Below, piece by piece: positions 23,696 to 52,400 of a stretch of 64,000 nt of DNA (position 1 is its first letter; every line of letters starts with the position of its first letter). The DNA is taken from the NCBI RefSeq assembly GCF_040938485.1, contig NW_027271023.1:372001-436000 (forward strand), written 5' to 3'. Source of the stretch: Diadema antillarum (lineage: Eukaryota). The translations under genes were made by a program, and so were the position numbers. A model generated the notes under the pieces. It saw only the letters and a list, made by a program, of their open reading frames with translations, did not search any database and was not told where the DNA came from.

Positions 23696-24289
23696 CGATC
23701 GAAGTTACATTTATTGTACTTCAGTTGGTTCGAGTTTCGTTTATTACGGTGTTGTATTGATTTTGTGTAATTACGCAAAATATTGTACTGTAATTATATC
23801 TTTGTCCGAAATAAAATAAATGAAATGAAAATGAAAAATATGATTTTGTGAATGGTCCTCCTTTTTCAAACTATGTTTTCCTATACAGTGATTAAAAAAA
23901 TCAGGAAATTCTGTTGTTTTCATAGCTGTTCACACTTCCACACATTTGTGTGTGTGTGTGTGTGTTTGTGTTAATTGTGCTCAGTTGCATTGCATAGATT
24001 TTGCTTGTTTTATGACGATGCCTAATTTTCGAGTCTTGTGAGCGACAACGCGCGTGCTTTGGCAGCAGTGTACTATTTTAAATCAAAGAGTTTCTGAACA
24101 CATCATACTGGCGCTACTTTTTCAACTCAGGGGACATCTCATCAAGTATTTTGTCCGATATTTGCTCGTAGCTAATCAGATGCAAGGGTTTCAGTAACTT
24201 TAAACAGTTTGTTAGGAAAAAAAAAATCTCCCCCCCCCCCCCTTGCCCCTCTTCTCATTGATTTTTTTTTTTCTCGTTTTTTTTTTCTT

Positions 24290-24897
24290 CTATTTATTGC
24301 GCTGAGCGCCCTCTGTAGCTACGTTTAGGAATCGTCGTGTTAACCCTAACCCCGTCGCGGGGCGCTGTACCTTTACGGTACGTATTTGTCCGTATGGGGT
24401 CGCTGCTGCGGTTATGTTAACCCCAACAAGTGTTGTTGTCCTCTCGTTGAACGTGAAATTCCGCGAATCGAAAGGGTTTACTGCTCGACTTTTGAACAAA
24501 ACTTACTGCAGCAAGAACTTCATAGTTGTGTAAGTGTGTAACAGATATTTCAAGTCGCAAGTTCCTCAGCTTTTGGTTCGAAATCAATGTTAAAAGTCTA
24601 AACTCGGTGCAATGTAAATTTTACAGTCCCATCTATTGCTATTCCAGCTGGGTCTTTTGGTCTTGTGTGCACTGACAATCAGCGACAGTGACATAATCTC
24701 TAACGTTAAATGTCTGAGTCTGACTCTGACTGACTGAGCTGAGCTGCTGGCTCCGGCTGTGCGGAGGCCTGCACTGTAAACAATGGTATAAACAAGCTAG
24801 GCCAGACTAGTCTACAGTGTAGAGCTTCCATGGCATTGCATTGGTTTTACTTTCGGGATCGGAGCGGAGTCTCGTGTTCGTAATCGTAGACGTAGGT
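24290..24897 (+). promoter_or_regulatory. Putative DDX23 promoter and non-coding first exon
   Basis: CpG-rich segment in an AT-rich background; ATTGG (CCAAT box) at 24840-24844; candidate donor TAG|GTATCG at 24895/24896. The first coding exon has an acceptor TTTGTAG at 26441, 18 nt before the ATG. Confidence 0.45.
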
Positions 24898-25991
24898 ATC
24901 GACAATCGTGTGAATTAATATGAGTGCAGCCTGAGGTACTCCACCCCATCTATTTATGCCTGAAAATGTAATTTAGTCTACAAACTGGATTCTATTTCTA
25001 TCTAGCCTTTTCCGAGGCAATGTAAAGTTTACAAATAGGTCGAGGCCTTGACAATCAATGACAATGGTCTGCACTCTGTCTAGAATAGAGACATTTAAAT
25101 TAACGATTAACAAGTTTAATAGCAAAATTTAATTTAAAAAAAAATGTATTGTAGATATAAATCTGCTATTATTCAGATTATTTCTGCGAAATACAGCATT
25201 AAAGACCCCCTGATTTTCTCCATTTGCAGAGCTACATGAGTACAGAGTGGCATCATTTGGCATGCTACTGTGCTTGCAGTAGGCATGAGCATTTGCTCTT
25301 CTGACCTGGTTTAGGCTATCTGTAGGTAGCGTAGATTGGTTACTGCAGCTCAGAGTCAGAGAAGTGCTGTGGGGAAATTCGAGATACGATTACGAGATAC
25401 AATGTACATTGTAAACATGTAATTTCACAAAATTGATGGGAAAAAAGTGGCACAAATTAACTTTGCAACGATGAAAACAGATCAAATTTTACGACTATCG
25501 TGTGCTTTAAGCACACGGTAGTCGTAAAATTATATACCCTTGTTATTGCTTGTGGTGTAACACCTGAGCCGATTTTCTGGCAAGCTGTGCATGAAAAATA
25601 ATGGACGTGCTTGCAAGGGTTAGATAGCTCCTGGTGGCATTCACGACATCTATGTACGCTAAAACAATTCAGTCGTGCAAAAGTACTAATCTTTCTTGTT
25701 TCCCCATTTCTATTAATACATTGTACTTCGTCCTATTTCTGTCATTTTTACAGTTAGACAGCTTTAGTCGTGGTATTAAATGTTGTCATGATTTCATGTC
25801 TCTTCTTTTTGTAGATTTGAATTGAACAGTGGCAAGTCATTCTTAATGCTGGAAAACTGTTCAGAATGGGATATGATAGAGATCTAGAAAATATATGTCA
25901 CAATATTATGCCTTTTATTTTTCACATTTTCATTGCTTTTGTATCAACTACTACTGATAGTGTTCAAGACTACTACATGTGCAGACTGATA

Positions 25992-26179
25992 CAGTGGACT
26001 CCTGTTGTAACAAAGTCCCCGGGACTGGCAGTTTTCTTTCATTATATCAAAATTTCGTTATAACCGAACAACTAAACAATAAGAATACATAGAGTGGATA
26101 ATGTTGCGGCCTGAATTTTTACTTCAAACAGTAACCGGAATTTCGTTATAACTGTGTTCGTTAAATTGGGGGTGCACTG
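25992..26179. mobile_element. pogo/Tigger-like MITE (TA TSD)
   Basis: TA|CAGTGGACTCC...GGGGTGCACTG|TA. Related fragments lie at ~33290-33435, 37736-37818 and ~44200-44260. Confidence 0.7.
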
Positions 26180-26459
26180 TACCGTAAAAGGAAGAACTAA
26201 ATTAATAGGAGGAAACTTGCAGTCCCACCATTTCCTATAAAATTGATTGAAAGTCAGATGAGGTAGTGATGCAGTCGTGCCATTCTAAATCCCCAGAAAC
26301 TGAAATACGCTGTCTTTGTACTTTAAAGTATCCATATTTGAAAAAAAAAAGTGTCTACTGTTCATTCATACAGTTTGTAGGTTCCAATCACATCATCATA
26401 ATGTTTTACTCTCACACCTTGTTGGGGTATACAATTTGTAGGCATATTCTGCGATTAAG

Positions 26460-41392
<14,933 letters not shown>

Positions 41393-41905
41393 CATCTCTC
41401 GAGAGAGGAAGTGAAATAGACGAGACATTGTTTGTGTTTGCAACATCATCATCATCATGATGCGGGAAAAACAGGAAGATGGAATTCCGACAGCATCCAA
41501 CCCAACTTCAGCCATGTCACTCTTGAACGATGCTACTGCTGCAAGGCAAAAACTGCCAGAGAGAATATTTTGCAAATTTTCACCCGGCATCTGTCTACAA
41601 GTTTGGATTCATCACAAATTCGATGCTCTGCTTGTAGGGTCTGATTGCATCGGAGAACAGCAAGATAGTCTTTGAGTCTTATCCGATTTGTGTCATGTTT
41701 CCATGGTGATTTGATGAATCTGCATGAAAAAGAAAGTGGGAGGAGTGGCTTAGTATATCATGTCTCTTATCATGTGTGTAAAAATTAGGATGCATGTGAA
41801 CCACCTCATACAACTGTCTCTTGCCGTGAGGGAGTACTTTTATGATTTTATCTTTTCTGTACCTTCTCTTTTACCCCAAGCATCGCTGTCAGTTTTGTTA
41901 TTTCC

Positions 41906-41911
41906 AATAAA
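41906..41911 (+). terminator. Candidate DDX23 polyadenylation signal (AATAAA); alternative distal signal at 43882-43887
   Basis: AATAAA about 515 nt after the stop codon, followed by GT-rich sequence. Confidence 0.45.
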
Positions 41912-44379
41912 GACGGAGTGGTGTATGTGTACTAAGATTTGATTAGCTTCCTTTACCCATGGGAATCATCAAGAAATAGTGACTTTTTATCGACATCAGA
42001 CACAGAATAGGATGGCTCAAAATGTTGTTTTGTGTTGTTTGCTTTACCTTTCTCCCTTTCGATGATTTTGTTTTTTATTTCTTAGCTACCATTTATTTGT
42101 GTGCATTCACAGCTTTCTCCACATCCTGAGTAATGTATTCATTGGCTCAACCACTCTTTACAGCATTCTTTGTCCACAAGAGCCATACTGATGGAAAACA
42201 AATGTTATGACCAAAATCTTATAAGAAAAGAATAAGGAGAAGGCATTCCAAAACAAAGACATGATATGTGTTGGGTTCCACGTGAGGCAAGACAAAGAAT
42301 TTCATGCAGTGGTGATTTTTAGCTGGTGGTAAAGGTACATAAAGGCTATTATATATTTTATATTTGCCCAGGTTTTCACTGGGCGGACTGCATTAACATG
42401 ACCGCTCTCATTCTGAATGTCTTGTTATGAGACAAGTTATGTTATGGGAAGGCTGATCCGACTGGGATATACTCGAGAATCTCGTAATATATTGTGTACA
42501 GCTTTATCACTGATCAATGATCTCTATATAAGTACATACACAGCTGAAGGATCTCGACCAGAGTAAAACTTAAGCGATGAGTGTGCCCTTCGATGCACAC
42601 ATTTGCTGACAGGCAATTCTATTCTAGTAGGCCAGCTTCTTATTCTTGGTTTTCGAATGCAGCCTGCTTGGCAGCGAATGAATATTGTTTCAATCGTGCC
42701 ATCCTTCTCTTCTCATGTTACGTAGTCTTTAATAAATGCATTTCATTTTGCAATAAGTTGAATTTATTGGTACTCCAGAATTAGCTTTGACCAAGCCACT
42801 ATTCAACTTTCACAATGTGACTTGAAACATACATTGCATATTGTGCTCTTAGAATTTAACTGGACTTAGGAATATTTATTGTGCTTTTTCTTCATCTGCC
42901 CCCAAAGCAATCCCTTGTAATACAGGACTTTAAAATAGATATTTGGTCAGCTTAGCTTGTATTTATCATTTCCCCACTTTTTAAACAAAATATATTGGTT
43001 AGTTTGCTTTTTTTCCTTTCAGAATGTGTTCCTAAGTGTGCATCGGTATGTTTTTTGTTTGTTTGTTTATTTGTTTTTTGGTATGCAGACATACACAATT
43101 TGTTTTGTGCAGATTTGAATATTTGATACATGTGAGACTGTAAGATGGTTCATGTGTGAACACTGCTGTTTCCAAATGCATCTTACTGAAGGACCATTTC
43201 TGTTGCTCTAGGGTTGGATGGCATTCGTCATACAGTTATGCCATTCCCGGACAGACAGCGGTCAGCATTAAGGGAACATCCTATCACACAAAAATTGCTC
43301 TCATAAAGATATCTTTCATTGCACTGACACTTGTGAAAGAGGCTCCTGGTAGTGTTTAATACTTTGATGCTAGTCTGAGATGAGCATCCTGAGAAATCAT
43401 GAGCTAGGATGGATACTGTCAATTTGAAAGGGTGTATACTAAGTAGTTGAAGAGCTACCCTTTATTTCTATCAAGTTTGAGTATGACCATGTTGATAGTT
43501 GTAGCAATGAGACCCTATTGTCAATGTGTTAAAATGCAACCTGGTTTGGATACGGCATTCTTCACAAGGTAATAACCCAGTGTTCATGCTGACCAAGCTC
43601 AAATAATGATTACGTGTAGTCTATTTCGCTATAAAGCGAACCTTAAAGAGAGGTACTTCATTCTTTTTATTTCATTCTTTGCCTATCTTGATATATTTTA
43701 GTAAGTTATTTTTCTTATACACTTTCTGTTTAAAGTGTATGGAAATGTAAGAAATTGTAAATGTGTAATTTTTTTGTAATTGTGAAAAAAAAAGTTTTCT
43801 GCAAAGTGGATTATGTTGGAGCACATAATGGATTGTGCATTCTTGCTGTACACACTTTGTATTGTCAAAGAATAAGAAAGGAATAAATTCTCTTTAACAA
43901 GAACAACAACAACAACAAAAACCCTAGATGATTTTAGATGTTGTTCTCTGGAGTCATACCTATCTAATTAATTGCCTCTTGTTGTTTGATTGTGAATGTG
44001 TCTGTCTGCCTATTTACTGTATAATCATCGCCCTTGACTAGATATATATTCTTCAAAGCCTTTTGCCCAACATCTATACTATACTTCTATATATCCCCTT
44101 TTGTCATTTGAACCACTCTCAAGGAAAGCCATTGTCCCCTTCAGAAAATGAAGCAATTTCCTACTTTCAACAACAAACAACTCTTGATAATACAACCCAT
44201 ACAATGGAACCTCGTTATTACGAGGCCGGATATAATGAGGTACCTGGTATAACAAGGTTATTTTGCAGGTCCCATAGCTATTATATTCTTTTGTTTTTAT
44301 CCCTGATAAAGCAAGGAAATTAAGGTGGTCTCAAAAGCTACGAGGTCTCCTTTCCACTTTTTTGTACTAACTCAATGGA

Positions 44380-44460
44380 CAATTCAGTTCAATTCATTTT
44401 CATTCAATTTCATTCAATTCAAATCAATTCAAATCAATTTTATTGTCCATTTCTGAAAAT
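44380..44460 (-). mobile_element. CR1/L2-type 3' tail remnant, (TTGAA)n preceded by AATAAA
   Basis: + strand (ATTCA)n-like tract followed by TTTTATT. Confidence 0.4.
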
Positions 44461-45795
44461 TGGTTTTGTTTGCATGCATGACACATACATGAAATGCAAA
44501 TATACAGAAGACAATTATAAGATAGATACATAGACATGCAAGAAATACCAACAATATGATATCAATGTAAATGTCAGAGATACATGAAATTGAAGGAAAT
44601 ACATGTATTAAATTGTTCATTGATGGAAATCGTGTTAGATGTGTTGTGCGTGTGTGTAATTGTGTCAAGTGTGTGTGTCAAATTGATTTCTAAAAGACTG
44701 GTATGAGTAATTGTATTTTCATGTCTACATGAGTGATTGTATAAACGTTTTGAAGATTATGTGTGTGTGTACAGCGTGTATATGTGTGAATGTAAATGAA
44801 AGTGGGTGTATGTATTACATTTTCTATGCATAATTATATGTATGTGTATACATATAATTATGTGTATGCACACATCTACATTTTTATGCATCTCCCTTTA
44901 TGTATATAAATGATATATGTATACATACATATATCCCATATATATATATGCAGATATTATGTGCATTTATTTGTATGTATATGTATACATAGATAAATAT
45001 ACACACACATAAAGAACAGTTGAAACATAAAATGAAGGGAAATAAACTGGATACAGACTGATGAGAGAGAGTAGTGTTTTTTGAGGAAACAATGCTCTTT
45101 TAAAAATAACCTTGCTTTTATAGTAATTGAAATAAATGCATGAATGCAATCACGTTTTAAGAACACGAGCTTAGACATAAAAACCAGCTAAGCATATCAA
45201 AACATCGAGATTGGCCCTGCTCTGCAATCAAGTGGTAGATCCGTCACGCCACTAGCTACCAAACTCGTGGCGCCACACGTTGTACTCTTGGCGACACCGG
45301 GGCACACAGTGAATGGCATTCGATCCACATTCATCCTATCATGCATGCACGATACTTGCATTGACGGCGATGCGCGCGGCGCCAGCGATGCCAACATAAA
45401 CTCACACACCACCGTGCCCATTCAACTGTATACTAGTATTCGTGTCCGATACCGCAACCACACAAGGAAGCCAAACAACTGTACGCCACCAGCACAATCT
45501 TGTACTACCAATAGCCTACTACACACTCGGTTACCATTGCCTCGGCGTTGACATGATAAAGCCGCTGACGCACTGACTGTAAACATTATACCGCCGGTGT
45601 TGTGTGAAGGAACAAGATGGCCGTGTAACTGTCATCGTCTGTCTGTATGTCTTCCACGCAAAATCAAGTGCTTTCCCATCTCTCATTTCCATGCTTGTCT
45701 TCGTCCAAACGAGCACCGCGTAGAGTAGAAAAGCCACCATCGCCGTATCGTTTTGACTAGTGCAGAAATTTCACCGCCAGCGCCAAATATTTGCC

Positions 45796-46365
45796 ATGAG
45801 TACGAGCGCCAAGCCAGCCGTGGCTGGGACACTAACCCTCGCCGCAACTCCAGCGTTGTATCTTCTGTACAGGCTGCATGAATTCAAGCAGCGATGTAAG
45901 GACAGAAACTCAGCAGCCAGTATTCCTTCGACGGAGAGGCATATAACCGAAAAAGATCTCGTTATCCTGAATAGGAAAATAGTAAGTACAATATATATAT
46001 CGTCCTTTTCTATTCTTTTGATAAATAATATATTCCCCTATCACATCCCTATACCAGCTTATGTTGTCAGTAGCATTCTTTGTATAGCAGATGATTTTAC
46101 ACACTGGTTATGTAGAGGTAACGCATGCACAATCTTACACTGCAGTGTTGTCTTCCATTGTATGATATTTTTAGACTACCGTCTACCAGATATTATAAAA
46201 ATTTCAATAATAACAGCAATTTTAGACCATGTTCAATATAATTATGTATTTTGGTCTTTTGTAGCAGTTTGCAACAAATAATAGTGAATTATCTGGATTC
46301 CACTTACTGTAAAATAGACATAAACAAAAAATCAAATAAGTACATATCCACTAAGTTCCATTAAA

Positions 46366-46410
<45 letters not shown>

Positions 46411-49400
46411 TGTATTACTGTATATACTGTAGTGCATAGCTTGGTGCCACTCTGTGTAGCTCAAAGTATTTGCAAAATGTGGATGGTATTGGTAAAGACT
46501 TTGCCATGCTATTTGAGCTTTTAAAAGGGAAAGTTTTGGTTGAAAGATTCAGGTTTTAACCGGAATTTTTAGAAACCACTTATATGAAATATAAAAGAGC
46601 GTACAATTTCAAGAGGAATTAAAGGCTTATTTTATGAACGTTGTTAATTAAAACCACTTTGTTTTGCTTTGTTTTTTTTTTACATTTCAGCTATTTCAAA
46701 ACTGATTTTCATCAAATAATCTTTTAATTTACAAGTCTTGAAGTTGTATGCTCTGGAATATTTCAAATAAGTAATTTCTAATTTTCTTGCAAAAAAGGAA
46801 AAACCTGAATCTCCACCTCAACCAAAACAAAACCCTTAATCCGCCAGTTGGATTTTGTATCATATGTGTACATGACCAGGTATATTCCGGTTCATTTTAA
46901 TGGAAAATGTTTTTAGGGTATAATTTTTTTTTTTCATTTTCTGTGTACTGTTGTAGAGTATTTTGGTTTTTCTTTACTCATAATTCATGAAATAAATTGT
47001 GCAAATATGTGCAACTATTGTAAATAGTAGAGTTTATGCCATACGGATATATTTCATATATTGAATGTGACACCAAATGGATCTTGTCTGACATTGTGGG
47101 TGATTGAATATTCTCAATTGAGAATCACAGTGAAGGAATGAGAAATGATTTAATCCGTTTTCAGCAGAAAAGCTATTGTGCATTCATACCTTGGGAACAA
47201 GACACATGATACAATGCGTGTTTGTTATGGGCAGCAACATTTTTACAAGTAGGATTTCTAGATATCTGCCAACTTGTGAAATGCGAAAAAATAGTAAAAA
47301 GGGAAGAAAAAGAAATTTACTACATCTACTCATACTGTACAGTACCAAGAGCACTGTGTGTATCTATTAAGTTTTGCAATGTGTATCTTTCTCAGGCTTG
47401 TGTAAACCACATATAAGCATCTTTGATGCTCTTGTCATAAGAAGCCTAAAAATCATGTATCAACATATGAATTGTGAAAAAAAATACCATACATGTACCA
47501 ATAATGATTCTTTTTGTTGAAAGTTAGAAAAAAGTTTACAATTGCTAGGCAGTTGCATTGTTGACCAATGATCCATATGTCAATGTTATGAGTAAACAGG
47601 TTTCCTCAAACCCCCTTGGAATACAATTGTGAATAATAGCTGGTATGCTAGTGATTTGTTACTGAGTGATAAAGAATTGACTCCATGTCAGAACCAAAAA
47701 AAAAAATTGTTGTCCTCATAGGGCAAAGGGAATGTCATTAGAAGCAGAAGTAAAGGAAAGTCAAACTACAAGTGATCCATGTAGTGATATGTGAAGGTGA
47801 AAGTAGATGTGGATCACAGGTAATGAGACACCTGTAGTGTGTATAAAATGCATGCTACAGAAATTGATGATTTCTACTAAGTCTGCAAGTCAATTATCTA
47901 AATTGTGCCATCAAAATAACGCTTTTTTAACCTGCTCACGTGTACGTGCAATGTAAATGTTACTTCTCTGTTTGTGATAGAAAGCTGGTGCTTGCAGTAT
48001 TCACCAAGATCATACCAAATCTGTGCGTTAGTTTTACCCTGTACGTACCGTAGTTTGCTGCAACAGTTTTTTAAAGCATCGACAAAGCAAAGATTCTATA
48101 CTTATTGATTTAAGCCATTGAGGATGGACAAATTTTGCTACAACACGCATTTCCCATAGACACCTGCCCGAGTATACTCGGGACTCATCCTCGACAGGTT
48201 AAAAGTGATAAAAAAGATCAGATAACTACTGTAGATATGAAGCTGTTTTAAAAGAATGAGTAAAATGAGACTGATTCATTGCATTGAACCTACTGAAGGC
48301 ATGTACTCTCTGTATTATATCAAAAGGAATTAGATGAATATAAGAATGCATAACAGCAAAAATTGATAATTTACAGTTATGTTATAAATATTTACATTGC
48401 AAATCTAATGAATAAATGCCTATTTGGATAGTGAAGGGTTTCATTCACAGAATGCATCAACTTAGATATCAGCAGGCAGATAAGGTTTCCCGAAAGACTT
48501 ATACAAAGAACTTACTTGTAATAAGAGCTGATTTTGAAGTGCCACACTCTCCTTATAAATGATAGTTACTGTTAATGGCAGCAGTCGACTGTTGGAAATG
48601 CATATTGCTGTAGTGGTTGTCATCATTCTTAGAAGTTTTTGTAAAAATATGTCTTGCGTTGACTGTTTTTCAATTTCACTTTCCGTCAATATGTAGTATA
48701 TCAGCTTAAGAATAGCAAAGAGTCAAGCTTGTTACTCACTTTGTGATACAAAAAGCAAATGAGTAAAAAACAAACTTAAAACAGATGTTAACTGTTTTAA
48801 ACCTAAATTTTCCTTGCTTGAAGTGTTGCTTGTGATACATTGTGCATGCTACATGATACACTAAAATCATAGTTTACAATGTTTTCATAAGTTTGTTATG
48901 CTATAGATCATACAATTCTTCTTACCTTTCTTCTCATATTGCATGAGCTGATTGGCTCAACTGGAAACAGTATCTTTTAATTGAAATGGATGTTAGTTTG
49001 TACATGTACAAGCAATCATCATGGTAAATAATCAAAATGAAAGTACGTAGTGTAGACGATGGATATGCCTGTAGGTCACCACCATGTGGTAAAAAAGATG
49101 TCATTTGATATCTTTTGAGAAATGGAGTTGAGGTATTCATGCATGAATGCCGAATGCATCAGGAATCCTGTAGATTAAATTCATTTCAGTGTGAGCGTCT
49201 TTGGATTTTTAGTTCAACCTTTCATCATTGCTAATGCAGTATATCTTTCTGTGAAATGTTGGGTATTTGTGGCATTATTGTGCAAAATAATTCAACCAGT
49301 ATATGCCTTGAGGATTTGTTCCATGCAAAGGCATATATCCTCTTATCTTTTGTGACAATTATCACTTTGAATTAAATTCTATGTGTGTGCTTTGTGGAAA

Positions 49401-52400
49401 ATCAGGAGTACTGAGGTTAAGGAAAAAGTGTAAGATCATGTAAATTTGTGATGCCCAGAAAATTCCACTTTCTGAACTCCCGTTATTCTCAGGTCTCCTA
49501 AAGTGATAATGATGTTGCAGTTCTGAGCATAGGTCGGGTTGTGTGTGGAAAACATTTGTGTTCGGTTTTGCTTTGGATTTTAGCCCGTATGCTTGTACAG
49601 TAGACCCTATGAATGTAATCTGGGGTTGGCACATACCGTGCATGCTTGAACAAATTTGCTAAAACTCGCATGGATGGCCATGTTGGTGTGAGTCATTGTT
49701 CTGTACATACATACCCTGGGCATCTGGTAAAGTAGCAGATGTTGTTGATGTAGTCTGTTCAAGAAAACATGAAACAAGGCAGCTAGAGCTCTGCATCAGT
49801 TAACTCTGCGAGAATTAATGTGTACTAGATTGCCGCATTTCATATTGTACATGTGTTTCTTTTCATGCAAGAGTAAAGTGTGTACGATACTAGATCTTTG
49901 ATGTAGGTTTACGCTTTGCATCCACCATATTGAGACTGAATGACATTTTAGCTTGAATTTGATTGTGGCAGTTAATAATAGTGAGTTGACTCTACAGGCA
50001 TTTATCTCTTATTTTTAAGCTGTAACCCTGACCAAAAAAAAAATGATAATGTATACTAAACACTGTTATATCTCTTTGCTGTTCATCTTTCATCGCAAGT
50101 AGGAATACTCTTATCATTTAATGGCTGATATGATTTGGAAATCAATGGCGAACAGATGCTAACGTAGTCAGGCTTGCTATGGTAACGCATACAAAAATCT
50201 ACACTTGTAGTTGCACCAATGAATTACAGTAGTCAACAGCGTATAGTTTATCATCTTTGCAGCAAGGACAAGAGCTTAATGGATTCCACAGTTCTAAGAG
50301 CTGCATACAATGTAATATCTATATGCATGTATTACCCCCAGCCGGACAAATACATACACTATGCACACACACACACACACAGCATTAACACCAAGTCAAT
50401 GCGAATTTGAGTCCCACTGTTCTGTGTACTGAATATATTTGACATCTTCCACTGCCCAGATACAAAGTGTGTCTCCTTTGGAAGGCTGACGGTATACATA
50501 CTGTACATGTAGATGGAAAGAGTCAATCTCATGCACACGGGAACATATTGCCGCTGATCTATGTAAAGCACGTTGCATAAGATCGAAAGTGACACCGGTG
50601 CTGCGTTCTCCAGATAGCACCGGGCCTGACGAGGAGAGTAATTTGTTTCAATCTAAATATTTAGGCAATCAATCACGTGATGATGTGAAAACGGTCGACG
50701 TGGGGGGAAAAGAATGGCGAAGGCAGCTGTGTGTACGTGTGCGGGCATGTGTGTATGAGATTGTGTCTGTTTGTGTGTGAGTATACGAGCTTTCCTTTTT
50801 TTCAATCAAATTTCTGTAGTTGTGTGGTGCGGGGGGGGGGGGGGGGTGATCCTTTGTGGCAAATTAATCACCAAAAAAATTCCAAGTATTGCCCAGATAA
50901 ACTCACTCTGGTTCATATCATACAGTCTGTATACTTTATTTGTGTGTGTGTGTGTGTGTGTGTTTTCAGCATTAGATAAAATTGAAATGCCAGGCATCAT
51001 TCCAATACACCCATTATTCACTGCTGATAATCTAAACAACATCCCAAAGAGTGATTATGAGTTCATGGAAAGGCAGTATAGGGAACAAATTCAGTGTATT
51101 TGGTTTATTACTTATCAATCTCGCTTGATTGTGCACTGGATGACGTCAAACATACAAAACTGGTCAGTGTTACGGTGAAATATATTCAGAGTATGAAAGA
51201 GGTCCAGGGGAAATTCATCAACAGGGAGAATGAGATTGCTGTCTTCAAATGTAGTGAATTCTGATTAAAGTCAAAAATTTGTTCTGTGAAAAACACAAGA
51301 TTTTCTGGAAAGGTTACTTCCTTCCCTCTCCTCCTCCCCCCACAAAAATTACTCTCCAGAGCATGTTGCCAATAATGCCGGAGCTGAGATTTCCTTCTTT
51401 CAGAGAACGAGAGGAAACTACAAGGTGGAGAGTAGAATGAAAGATTGCAGCAGCACATGAAATACCAAACCTGTAGCAATCCTGACAGTGACTGTAGCCA
51501 GAAGTAATACTTATAGTTTAAAGTAATACCGGTAATAAAAGAACCAGAGAAAAAAGAATTTTGTACTCTGGTTCATTTCTCCAGCAAATACACCATAATT
51601 GTACTCATATTGCAAAATACCCCCATTCCACAGAGATTTTTTTTTTTCTCACTGGTCACTCGTCGGAAGCAAATGCTTCCGGTCACCAACCAAAGTGTAT
51701 CGGATCCCAGTCTGATGAATCTGCCTTGATGTTTGTTGACTATTAGGTCAGTGTCAGATGTGGCGGGTGTTGTCTGATGAAGCAAGATCGTCTAATGAGG
51801 TTTATGTGCAACATATGATATGTCTGACACTAACCTGATAATTGACCAACATAACTCAGTTTCATCAGACTGCAATCTGATACACTTTGAATGGTGGCCG
51901 GAAACAAAAAAACTTTGCTTCTGATGAGTGACCAATGAGAAAAAAATCTCTGTGGAATGGGGGTATAAGACACTGAACGCTTTGAACAAAGGAAAGAGTT
52001 TCGGACATTTGTTGTGAAGACAGCTCTTCAAAGTTCTTGGAATTCAAAAATAAAAGTGAAGCGCTTGTGACAACACTTTTTGTTTTCTTCACCTCATATG
52101 TAAAAATGCTGAAGTAGCAGGTTAACAGCTCTTGACAGTTTTCCCAATTATTCCTCTCAAAAAGGTCTATCAGAGAAATTGAAGTAAGTCTATCTTGAGA
52201 AAGATACATTACTGAAGTTATTGTGCATGAAATGAAACAACAACACAGTCGTTAAACCATCCTTGCACCATCATTAAACAGAGAATAGGGAGAAATTGTG
52301 CTTTTATGAAAGTCGTGGTCATCATAATTTGCTGCAATATTATACATTGTGTCCTGAAAAGAGGGTGGTGATTGATGTGTTTCAAACATTTAGTGTAATT

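Noticed and set aside
24299-24355. CTCF-like (AGAGGGCGC) and telomere-like (TAACCCTAACCC) motifs in the DDX23 upstream region
   Set aside because: They are single short partial matches that cannot be distinguished from chance without ChIP or conservation data.
45531-45740. Divergent 69-aa minus-strand ORF at the promoter of the unidentified gene
   Set aside because: No recognisable domain or clear splice donor; more simply read as the 5' UTR/promoter of the + strand gene.
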